DNA of 64,000 nt, taken from contig CM059438.1 in NCBI GenBank assembly GCA_030390025.1, positions 59,150,001 through 59,214,000 of the forward strand, in the 5' to 3' direction. Source of the stretch: Squalus acanthias (Eukaryota). Position 1 is the first letter of the stretch. Every line of letters starts with the position of its first letter. Shown here piece by piece: positions 38,089-49,228 of this stretch. Below the pieces are notes generated by a model. It was not told the DNA's origin and did no database searches. It saw only the letters and a list, made by a program, of their open reading frames with translations. The translations under genes were made by a program, and so were the position numbers.

Positions 38089-40229
38089 AGTCTCTTTGCA
38101 AGCAAAGTTATGAAGGACAGCAACCAAAGTACCAGCGAAGTTAGGATCAGTAGGCAAAACTACCTCACAAAGCGTTGACTCAAGGCAGAAGTCTCTCTTT
38201 CTCTCTCTCTGAATCTCTCTCTCTCTCTCAGAACGAGTGGTGCAAAAATGTCAACCACAGAAAAAGACAGGAAGAGGCCCCCTTAAGACTCCTCAACATT
38301 GCTTCCATACCTCATGAAGTCTCATGGCATCATGTCAAACATAGGCAAGGAAACCTCCTGCTGATTACCACCTTCAGCCCTCCCTCAGCTGATGAATCAG
38401 TACTCCTCCATGTTGAGCACCACAGGCAAGGGCACAGAATGTACTCCGGGGGGGAGGGAGGGAACTTCAATGTCCATCAGTGGGTCGGTAGCACCACTAC
38501 TGACCGAGCTGGCCGAGTCCTGAAGGACATAACTGCCAGTCTGGGTCTGCAGCAGGTGGTGAGAGAACCAACATGAGGGACAAAACTACTTAATCTCGTC
38601 CTCACCAATCTACCTGTCGCAGATGCATCTGTACATGACGGTATTGGTAGGAGTGACCACCACACAGTCCTTGTGGAGATGAAGTCTCGCCTTCACACTG
38701 AGGAGACCCTCCAACGTGTTGTGTGGCACTACCACTGTGCTAAATGGGATAGATTCAGAACAGATCTAGCAGCTCAAAACTGGGCATCTATGAGGTGCTG
38801 TGGGCCATCAGCAGCAGCAGCAGAATTGTATTCCATCACAATCTGTAACCTCATGGCTCAGCATATCTCTCACTCTACGAATAACATCAAGCCAGGGGAC
38901 CAACCCTGGTCCAATGAGGAGTGCAGAAGAGCATGCCAGGAGCAGCACCAGGCGTACCTAAAAATGAGGTGCCAACCTGGTGAAGCTGCAACACAGGACT
39001 ACATGCATGCTAAACAGCGGAAGCAGCATGCTATAGACAGAGATAAGCGAACACACACCAACGGATCAGATTAAAAGTTCTGCAGTCCTGCCACATCCAG
39101 TCGTGAATGGTGGTGGACCATTAAACAACTAACAGGAGGAGGCTCCATGAATATTCCCATCCTCAATGATGGTGGAGCCCAGCACGTGAGTGCAAAAGAC
39201 AAGGCTGAAGCATTTGCAACCATCTTCAGCCAGAAGTGCAGAGTGGATGATCCATCTCAGCCTCCTCCTGAGGTCCCCACCATCACAGAAGCCAGTCTTC
39301 AGCCAATTCGATTCACTCCACGTGATATCAAGAAACGGCTGAGCGCACTGGATACAGCAAAGGCTATGGGCCCCGACAACATCCCGGCTGTAGTGCAGAA
39401 GAGTTGTGCTCCAGGACTAGCTGCACCTCTAGCCAAGCCGTTCCAGTACAGCTACAACACTGGCATCTACCAGACAAAGTGGAAAATTGCCCAGGTATGT
39501 CCTGTCCACAAAAAGCAAGATAAATTCAATCCGGCCAATTACCACCCCATCAGTCTGCTCTCGATCATCAGCAAAGTGATGGAAGGTGTCATCGACAGTG
39601 TTATCAAGCGGCACTTACTCACCAATAACCTGCTCACCGATGCTCAGTTTTGCGTTCCGCTAGGACCGCTCAGCTCCAGACCTCGTTACAGCCTTGGTCT
39701 AATCATGGACAAAAGAGTTGAATTCCAGAGGTGAGGTAAGAGTGACTGTCCTTGACATCAAGGCGGCATTTGACTGAGTGTGGCATCAAGGAGCCCTACT
39801 AAAACTGAAGTCAATGGGAATCGGGGGAAAACTCTCCACTGGCTAGAGTCATACCTAGCTCAAAAGAAAATGGTTGTAGTTTTTGGTGGGCAATCATCTC
39901 AGCCCCAGGGCATCGCTGCAGGAGTTCCTCAGGGCAGTGTCCTAGGCCCAACCATCTTCAGTTGCTTCATCAATGACCTTCCCTCCAACATAAGGTCAGA
40001 AGTGGGGATGTTCGCTGATGATTGCACATTGTTCAGTGCCATTCGCAACTCCTCAGATAATGAAGCAGACCATTCCCACATGCAGCAAGACCTGGACGAC
40101 ATTCAGGCTTGGGCTGATAAGTGGCAAGTAACCACACAAGTGCCAGGCAATGACTATTTCCAACAAGAGAGAATCTAACCACCGCCCCTTGTCATTCAAC
40201 GGCATTACCATTGCTGAATATCCCACTAT

Positions 40230-42571
40230 TAAAGCAAAGAGAGGCCATGAAATAATATAGGCAAGTAAAATCAAGGAAAACCCAAAGATGTTTTATAAAT
40301 ACTTAAAGAGCAAGAGAATAACTAAGGAAAGAGTCGGGCCTATTAGAGACCAAAAAGGTAACCTGTCTGTGGAGGCAGAAGACATGGGTATGGTTCTTAA
40401 TGAATAATTTGCATCTGTCTTCACAGAAGAGAGGGACGATGCAGACATTGTAGTTAAGGAGGAGGAGTGTGTAATATTAGATGGGATAAACATAGAGAGA
40501 GAGAAAGTATTAAGAGGTTTAGCATCTTTGAAAGTAGATAAATCGCCAGGCCTGGATGAAATGTATCCCAAGCAAGGGAGGAAATAGCAGAGGCTCTGAC
40601 CATCATTTTCCAATCTGCTCTGGCTAAGGCGTGGTGCCGGAGGACTGGAGGACTGCTAATGTTGTGCCATTGGTTAAAAAGGGAGAAAGGGATAGACCGA
40701 GTAATTACAGGCCAGTCAGCCTAATCTCGGTTGTGGGAAAATTATTGGAAAAAATTCTGAGGGACAGGATAAATCTTCACTTAGAAAATCACGGATCAAT
40801 CAAGGACAGTCAGCATGGATTTGTTAAGAGAAGGTTGTGTCTGACTAACTTGATTGAATTTTTTGAGGAGGTAACTTGAAGAGTCGATGAGTGTAGTGTA
40901 TTTGATGCAGTCTATATGGATTTTAGCAAGGCCTTTGACAAGGTCCCACATGGCAGACTGGTCACGAAAGTAAAAGCCCATGGGATCCAAGGGAAAGTGG
41001 CAAGTTGGATTCAAAATTGGCTCAGTGGCAGGAAGCAAAGGGTAATGGTCGACGGGTGTTTTTGTGACTGGAAGGTTGTTTCCAGTGGGGTTCCACAGGG
41101 CTCAGTACTAGATCCCTTGCTTTTTGTGGTATATATCAATGATTTAGACTTGAATGTAGGGGGCATGATTAAGAAGTTTGCAGATGATACAAAAATTGGC
41201 CGCGTGGTTGATAGTGAGGAAGAAAGCTGTAGATTGCAGGAAAATATCAATGGACTGGTCAGGTGGGCAGAAAAGCGACAAATGGAATTCAATCTGGAGA
41301 AGTGTGAGGTAATGCATTTGGGGAGGGCTAACACGATGAGGAAATACACATTAAATAGTAGGACACTGAGAAATGTAGAGGAACAAAGGGACCTTGGAGT
41401 GCATGTCCACAGATCCCTGAAGATAGCAGGACAGGTAGATAAAGTGGTTAAGAGGGCATACGGGAGACTTTCCTTTATTAACCGAGGCATACAATATAAG
41501 AGCAGAGAGGTTATGCTAGAATTGTAGAAAACACTAGTTAGGTCACAGCTAGAGTACTGCGTACAGTTGTGGTCACCACATTACAGAAAAGATGTGATTG
41601 CACTAGAGAGGGTACAGAGGAGATTTAGGAGGATGTTGCCAGGACTGGAGAATTTTAGCTATGAGAAAAGTTTGGATAGGCTGGGGTTGCTTTCTTTGGA
41701 ACAGAGGAGGCTGAGGGAGACTTAATTGAGGTGTATAAAATTATGAGGGGCCTACCTAGAGTGGATAGGAAGGACCACGGTGGCATAGTGGTTAGCACTG
41801 GTGCCTCACAGCGCCTCACAGCGCCAGGGACCCGGGTTCGAATTTGGCCTCGGGTGACTGTCTGTGTGGAGTTTGCACATTCTCCCCGTGTCTGTGTGGG
41901 TTTCCTCCGGGTGCTTCGGTTTCCTCCCACAGTCCAAAAATGTGCGGGTTAGGTTGATTTGGCTATGATAAATTGACCCTTAGTGTTAGGGGGGGATTAA
42001 ATATGTGGGGTTACGGGGATAGGATGGGATATGTTAGGGGGAATTAAATACGTGGGGTTACGGGGATAGGGTGGGATATGTGTCGGTGCAGGCTCGATGG
42101 GCCGAGATGGCCTCTATCTGTACTGTGGGGTTTCTGTGTGAGAAAAGCAGGGACAGGGTACTGGATTTGGATGATCAGCCATGATTGTATTGAATGGTGG
42201 AGCAGGCTCGACGGGCCGAATGGCCTACTCCTGCTCCTAGTTTCTATGTTTCTATGACCTATTTCCCTTAGCAGAGAGGTCAATAACCAGGGGGTATTGA
42301 TTTAAAGTAATTGGTAGAAGGATTAGAGGGGAGTTGAGGAGAATTTTTTTCACCCAGAGGGTGGTGCGGGCTTGAAAGGGTAGGAGAGGCAGAAACCCTC
42401 ATCACATTTAAAAAATACTTGGATATGCACTTGAAGTGCCGTAACCTGCAAGGCTACGGACCAAGAGCTGGAAAGTGGGATTAGGCTGGATTGCACTTTT
42501 TTGGCCAGCGCTGACATGATGGGCCAAATGGCCTCCTTCTGTACCGTAAATTTCTATGAATCTATGATTCT
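40230..42571 (+). mobile_element. 5'-truncated CR1 nested in LINE-B
   Basis: PEDWRTANVVP, NYRPVSL, QHGF, DFSKAFDKVPH, GVPQGS, KFADD; CTATGAATCTATGATTCT tail. Confidence 0.93.
41777..42255 (+). mobile_element. HE1-like V-SINE fused to a CR1 3' end, inserted in the CR1
   Basis: tRNA head (TGGCATAGTGG; GGTTCGAAT); V-domain GTGTGGAGTTTGCACATTCTCCCCGTGTCTGTGTGGGTTTCCTCCGGGTGC; TSD GACC at 41773-41776 and 42256-42259. Confidence 0.88.
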
Positions 42572-43477
42572 ATCAACATCCTGGGGGTCACCATTGACCA
42601 GAAACTTAACTGGACCAGCCACATAAATACTATGGCTGCAAAAGCAGGTCAGAGGCTGGGTATTCTGAGGCGAGTGTCTCACATTCTGACTCCCCAAAGC
42701 TTTTCCATCATTGACAAGGCACAAGTCAGGAGTGTGATGGAATACTCGCCACTTGCCTGGATGAGTGCAGCTCCAACAACACTCAAGAAGCTCGACACCA
42801 TCCAGGACAAAGCAGCCCGCTTGATTGGCACCCCATCCACCACCTTAAACATTCACTCCCTCCACCAACGGCATACCGTGGCTGCAGTGTGCACCATCTA
42901 TAAGATGCACTGCAGCAACTCGCCAAGGCTCCTTCAGCAGCACCTCCCAAACCTGCGACCTCTACCACCTAGAAGGACAAGGGCAGCAGGTTCATGGGAA
43001 CACCATCATCTCCAAGTTCCCCTCCAAGTCACACACCATCCAGACTTGGAAATATATCGCCGTCCTTCATCGTCACTGGGTCAAAATCCTGGAACTCCCT
43101 CCCTAACAGTACTGTGGGAGTACCTTCACCACACGGACTGCAGCGGTTCAAGAAGGCGGCTCACCACCACCTTCTCAAGGGCAACTAGGGATAGGCAATA
43201 AATGCTGGCCTCACCAGTAAAATCCCCCTGTGGCGGATCGCCACCTAAACGGGCATTGTCCACTTTTCTGTCCGTGGACAAAATATCGGGCACCTTGCCT
43301 TTAAGGCACCTTGCCTTTAAGGCAGGAGAAAAGGAGTGGGTGGGGCCTCAGGGTTTAGCCAGAGAATTCTGGGGGCTGTTGGTTTCAGCCATTTTGGACC
43401 ATGCAGTTGTATTAAAAAGCCTTTGTTTTCCACACATGGATTCAGTCTTAATTCGTGTTTCGCAGCAGCCTCAACAT

Positions 43478-43491
43478 TGGTGACCCCGACG
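43478..43491 (+). promoter_or_regulatory. Primer binding site complementary to the tRNA-Trp 3' end
   Basis: TGGTGACCCCGACG just after the 5' LTR matches the ...CGTCGGGGTCACCA end of vertebrate tRNA-Trp. Confidence 0.85.
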
Positions 43492-43516
43492 CTCAGAACG
43501 TATTCCGAGCACTGCA

Positions 43517-46500
43517 ATGGCGGACACGAACGCAGTTTCCGTGAAACTGCTGGAGTTTTGGGAAAACCAGCCCGAAGCCTGGTTTCTCCAAGCTGAATCC
43601 CGCTTCCGGCTGCGAAACATCACCACAGATGGGACGCAGTACGACTACCTCGTCACATCACTCGGTAGCGCCACAGTTTCGAAGGTTTGGACAGCGCTGC
43701 AGAACCCACCAGAGGAAGGCAAGTACGCACATCTAAGGCTCCTTAAAAAATTTACGGCCTCGGCATACCAGTGAAACTGCCACCTCCTCGACCTTCCAGG
43801 CCTCGGTGATGCCTTACCGTCAGACCTCCTCTCCCACATGCTCTCCCTCACCAACGAGAGCCCACCCGGATCCCTCTTCCGCACGCTGTTCATCCGCCAG
43901 CTCCCTCTCAGCATCCGCCCAGCGATCGTGGCGTCCGGCCTCACGAACCTGGAAGCCCTGGCCGATGAGGCCGACAAGCTGCTGTCCGCTCACTCCAGCC
44001 ACGACGTCACTCCGGACCTGGCAGCCAATGCCTGGGCGCGCCCCTCACCGGCCACCATGCGGCCACAAGGACCAGCCACCAGGCCCACGGGGCCTTCGCG
44101 CCCCACTAACCTGGGCCACTGTTACTACCACGCACGGTTCGGCGCCAGGGCACAACGGTGCACACCTCCCTGCTCTTTCAAGTCCGCCCCCGCACCAGCC
44201 CCCGCGATGGCCGTGGGCCACGCGGGCTCCCTACTGTGCGTCACGGATGACAAAACCGGCCGCCGGTTCCTGTGCGACACTGGAGCTCAGCACAGCATCA
44301 TCCCGGCCTCCTCCCTCGACATCCAAAAGGGCGAACGAGGACCGGCGCTGGCTGCGGCTAACAGCTTGGAAATCCGGACGTACGGCACCCGGACAGTCAC
44401 CCTCGACCTCGCTCGCTGGTCGCCGCTACCGATGGGAGTTCATCACTACCAAGGTGCTCTCCCCTCTCATCGGCGCAGATTTCCTGTGCGCCCACGGCCT
44501 ACTGGTAGACATCCCTCGTCACCGCCTCGTGGACATGAACACCATGTCCCCCATCCTGGGCGCCATGGCCCCCCGTCAACCCGCCGACATGGCGTCACAG
44601 TGCCACGCCTGGGCCACGGATGACTACTCGGCACTCCTGGCCGAATTCCCGGCCCTTACCAATCCGACCTTCTCCGCGGAGGCCGCCAAACACGGGGTGG
44701 AACACTTCATCCCCACCACAGGCCCCCCAGTGTACGCCCATGCCCGCAGGCTGGACCCGGCCAAACTGGAGATCGCGCGGACCGAGTTTGCCACCATGGA
44801 ACAGCTCGGCATCATCCGCCGCTCCAACAGTCCCTGGGCCTCCCCACTCCACATCGCCCCCAAACCAGGCGGGGGTTGGCACCCCTGCGGGGATTACCGC
44901 CGCCTCAACGACGCCACCACCCCTGATCGGTACCCCATGCCGCACATTCAGGACTTCTCGGCTAGACTGGCCGGCTGCTCAGTCTTTTCCAAGGTCGACC
45001 TGGTGCGCGGCTACCACCAAGTCCCCGTCCACCCCGCGGACGTCCCCAAGACGGCCGTAATCACCCCCTTCGGCCTGTTCGAGTTCCTGCGGATGCCCAT
45101 TGGCCTCAAAAACACGGCCCAGGCATTCCAACGGCTCATGGACTTGGTCCTTCGGGACCTGAAGTTCCTGTTCGTCTACCTGGATGACATCCTGGTAGCC
45201 AGTTCCTCCAAGCAGGAACACCTCGAACACCTTCGCATCCTGTTTGGGCGCCTCAGCGACCACGGGCTCATCCTCAGCCCAGCCAAATGCCAGTTCGGCC
45301 TGGACAAGATCGACTTCCTCAGCCACCACATCACCCATGCTGGGGCCATTCCCCTGCCCACCAAGGTGCAGGCCGTCCAACAATTTCCCCGCCCCACCAC
45401 CATCAAAGGCCTCCAGGAGTTCCTTGGGATGGTGAATTTCTATAACCGCTTCATCCCCAAAGCGGCGTCCCTCATGAGGCCCCTGTATGAAGCCCTCCGG
45501 GGCAGGAGCGGCAAGATGGCGGTCGAATGGATGGCAGACGCGTCCGCCGCCTTCGACTCCACCAAGACCGTGCTCGCCAATGCCACCCTGCTCGCGCACC
45601 CACGGCCCAATGCCAGGGTAGCGCTCACCACGGACGCCTCCGACCACGCGGTCGGCGCCGTGTATGAGCAGTGGGCCGACGGCGCCTGGCAACCACTTGC
45701 CTTCTTCAGCCGCCAACTACGCCCCCCCGGAGGTCAAGTACAGCACCTTCGACCGCGAGCTCCTCGCGCTGTTCCTGGTGGTCCGCCATTTTCGGTTTTT
45801 GCTTGAGGGCCACCCCTTCACTGCGTTTGTCGACCACAAGCCCCTGACATTCGCAATGGCAAAGACAACCGACCCCTGGTCCGCCAGGCAGCAGCGCCAG
45901 CTCGCGGCAGTGTCCGAGTTCACCACGGACATCCAACACGTCTCCGGCCGAGACAATGTGGTAGCCGACTGCCTCTCCCGCCCCGCCATCCACACCGCAC
46001 ACCTGGCAGTCGACTACGCTCAACTCGCAGCAGACCAGATCACCGACCCTGATCTGCTCTCCGCACCTACCAACCTACCAGGGTTACGCCTGGCCGACGT
46101 CGCCTGTGGCCCGACCGCAGTCACGGTCAAGTGCGACATATCCCTATGTCAACCTCGACCCGTCGTCCCAGTGTCCTGGTGCCGCCGGGTATTCGACATT
46201 CTCCACAACCTCTCCCACCCCGTCGCCCGCGCATCCATCAAATTGGTAGCCAACCGCTTTGTCTGGCGCGGCCTTCACAAGGATGTGCGTACTTGGGCCA
46301 ACTCCTGCCTAGCCTGCCAACGGGCCAAGGTACAGCAACACACGAAAGCACCCCTCGAGGAGTTTACCATCCCCTCGCGTAGATTCGACCACATCCACGT
46401 GGACATCGTCGGGCCCCTGCCGCCATTGCAAGGCCACACGCACTTGCTGACGATCGTTGACCGCATCACGCGCTGGCCCGAGGCAATTCCATTGACCTCT

Positions 46501-47308
46501 ACCACCACCGCCGACATCGCCAGAGCCTTCGTCAGCACCTGGGTCGCATGGTTCGGCTACCCCTCCGACATGACGTCGGACAGAGGTCCGCAATTTACCT
46601 CTGAACTCTGGACCGCCGTCGCACGCAATCTCGGGGTGACCATTCACCGCACCACAGCGTACCACCCCCAAGCCAACGGACTGTGTGAGCGGTTCCACAG
46701 ATCCTTGAAGGCATCTCTTCGAGCCAGCCTCCAGGACGGCGCCTGGACCGACCGACTTCCGTGGGTCCTCCTCGGCCTGCGCACCGCGGTTAAAGAAGAC
46801 CTCCACGCATCGGCAGCAGAGCTCGTGTACGGTCAGCCGCTGCGTGTACCCGGCGAGTTCCTGCCCACCGCTACGACACCCTGGTCAGCCGACCAGCAAC
46901 GCCACGACTTCGCCTCACCGGCGCTGCAGTTCACCCCGGTGCCCATTGCCCGACACGGCGAATCCACCTCACACGTCCCACTAAGCCTGCACCAGGCACG
47001 ACGGCCACCGCGGACCCCTTCAACTCCCGTATGACGGGCCCTACAAGGTGCTACAGGCTGGGGACAAATTTTTCACCCTGCAAGTGGGCGACAGGAGCGA
47101 AAAAGTGTCGGTTGACCGACTCAAGCCAGCACACTCGGAGCCCGGTGAGCAGGTCCCTGTAGCTCGTCCACCACCACGCGGCCGACCTGCCCTCAAGCCA
47201 GTTCACCCGGCTGCTCCACGCCTGGCCATTCCACGTCCACCGGCGTCCTACAAGAGCCGCTCCGGCCGGCCCATCAGACCACCGCACCGTCTCGTCCACA
47301 CCTCCTAA
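43517..47308 (+). pseudogene. Gypsy gag-pol with several frameshifts
   Basis: gag VKLLEFW..PEAWF and CYYHARFG..A..C...C; protease CDTGA; RT GDYRRLN and YLDD; RNase H TDAS; integrase H..SHP/CxxC, HVDIVGP, SDRGPQF, ERFHRSLK; PYDGPY. Confidence 0.93.
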
Positions 47309-48189
47309 GCGGATTCTGGGGGGAGCTGTGTGGCGGATCGCCACCTAAATGGGCATTATCCACTTTTCCGTCCGTGGACAAAATATCGGGCACCTTGCCT
47401 TTAAGGCAGGAGAAAAGGAGTGGGCGGGGCCTCAGGGTTTAGCCAGAGAATTCTGGGAGCTGTTGGGTTTCATCCATTTTGGACCATGCAGTTGTATTAA
47501 AAAGCCTTTGTTTTCCACACATGGATTCAGTCTTAATTCGTGTTTCGCGGCAGCCTCAACACCCCTAAGTTTTTTGGCAGGAAGAAGTGCTAAATTTAAT
47601 CAGACACCAGTATTACTAAATGAACTTACTGTTCAAACAAACTTGCAGTAAACTCAGTTTATTATTGCTGTCAATTAACTACTCTGATTCTCTCATTCAT
47701 GTACATGAAAGCTTCGCATTATTGGACAAGCAGTTATCGTCCTTTTTAAACCATTTTCAGAGAGCAACGAGTTTGCACTATCAGCCAGCAAATCCCATGT
47801 TTGCACGTGATGTGAAGTCAAGTCACACACTGAATTTCACGAGTGCAGGCAAACCACGCAACGAGATGAGTGTGTGGCAGGGGAGCAGGCCCAGGTTGTT
47901 GCTGTTGTTGCCGAAGTCTAGTGCCAAATTCCTCTGCTTCTGCATTGAACATCCCACATACTTTAATTTCCTCCACACCTTTGTCTTGTTTGCTTGCCCT
48001 TTGAGCTTGTTAACACATGCCTTCCTGGTGTAAGGCAGGCTGCGGCTCCCCAGCTTGGGGTTTCAACCACAAACTGACAGCTTTCAGAAACAGAGAGAGA
48101 GATTAAACAATCAATGTTTAGCCCTATCGGAGGTCTGAATGATCGGGATGCAGCGAGCTACTGCGAGAGATGTAGATGTGGCTAGATAA

Positions 48190-48450
48190 TTACAGATGTG
48201 GTCGTCCATTCGGCCCATCTTAATCCATTCAGTCAGGAGACCCGACACTCCCCCCATTGTAGCATCCAGTTGTTTCTTGAATGATTTGAGGGTTTTGCGT
48301 CCACCACACTATCTGGAAGTTTATTTCACATGTCACTGTGAGGAAGAATTTCCTGATCTAGTTGCGGAGATTGTGGACCTTTGTCTCCTTGTCCCACTCC
48401 GACTGTTTAATTTAAAGTGATTTTCCGAGTTAACTTTTTCGATAGCCTTA
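48190..48450 (-). mobile_element. Old CR1 3'-end fragment
   Basis: CCATTCGGCCCATC tail motif and degenerate C-terminal ORF2 sequence on the minus strand. Confidence 0.5.
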
Positions 48451-49228
48451 ACAATCAGGCCAGGTGGTAAAACCTGCTGCTGTAATGACAGTAGATGGCA
48501 CTACCCACGGCCCGTCAATGCCCAGTGGCGGGCGGTGGTTATGTAACTGGGCCACCCCCAGAAAGTGCCCTTGGAGGAGGGGAGCAGGACTCCCCCTCCC
48601 CCTGCAAGATGGAGGCAATGACGTCAAAAGGCAGATGAGCCAACCCTTGAATCAGCCAATGGTGTACAAACAGCGACACAGCCGCAGTACAGAAAAGGTC
48701 AATGAAAGAGCGACTGTGGACAGTCCCACACACAACACTAGGGTTCAAACCCCTCCCTTAAAACCCAACAACAGGTATGGATGACAGTCTCAAGATCTCC
48801 AACCATTCGCGACCGAGGATGATGGCAATGGCGATGGTGATGATGGTGAACAATCCTATATACCTCGATGGGGTCGCCTCTCAGACACCCCCTTTTTCAG
48901 GGTCAGTGGGATGGGGACGCACACGGCGAGCTCCTGGGCTCCTGCTGGGTGCTTGCCACAGTGGGCGGGGTGGAATATCTGGCACATTAGCAGCTGTTAA
49001 AGAGCCACAGACAGCACTTAAAGAGCGGGGGTCCAGCACAGTGGCTGTAAATGGGGTCCAGCCCAGGATGTGCCACTCCTCCACTGCCAGTCCAACACTC
49101 AATTACTCCTCACCTATCAAGGAGAAGGCTGTAGGGGGTGGTGGTTTGTGTCAGCTTCACCTCTGACTTCTGAGCGGTTCGAATCGCTCCCACTCCCTTG
49201 GTTCTAGACCTTGGACTTATTTGGGGGT

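Larger units (their letters stand above)
34438..38283. mobile_element. Harbinger element H2 (two-gene; left TIR intact, right terminal region missing)
   Basis: TAA|GGGGGAAAAATTAG at left; Myb gene on +, transposase on -; ends ...GGCCCCCT|TAA at 38284-38286. Confidence 0.9.
30609..43218 (+). mobile_element. LINE-B: second copy of the tRNA-headed CR1-group LINE, in three pieces (30609-31197, ~38290-40229, ~42572-43218)
   Basis: Pieces are collinear with LINE-A and resume almost exactly across each insertion (ggagtggccc|...ctcaacattg; cccactat|caacatcctgg). Confidence 0.9.
43229..47561 (+). mobile_element. Ty3/Gypsy LTR retrotransposon with complete structure; LTRs 43229-43476 and 47329-47561
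   Basis: TG...CA LTRs, CCCC TSD, PBS, purine tract GGGGGGAG before the 3' LTR, gag-PR-RT-RH-IN order. Confidence 0.97.

Noticed and set aside
29773..47570. H3 extending to a right TIR at AAAATCCCCC|TAAGT around the Gypsy insertion site
   Set aside because: Only a ~10-bp imperfect match, and a 5-bp flank repeat is atypical for Harbinger; cannot be separated from chance.
48488..48503. CTCF-like motif ACAGTAGATGGCACTA
   Set aside because: Single motif match inside a probable unclassified repeat; no supporting evidence.
47620..49170. Short ORFs in this interval as host exons
   Set aside because: No recognisable protein motif or consistent splice structure; partly degenerate repeats that I could not classify.
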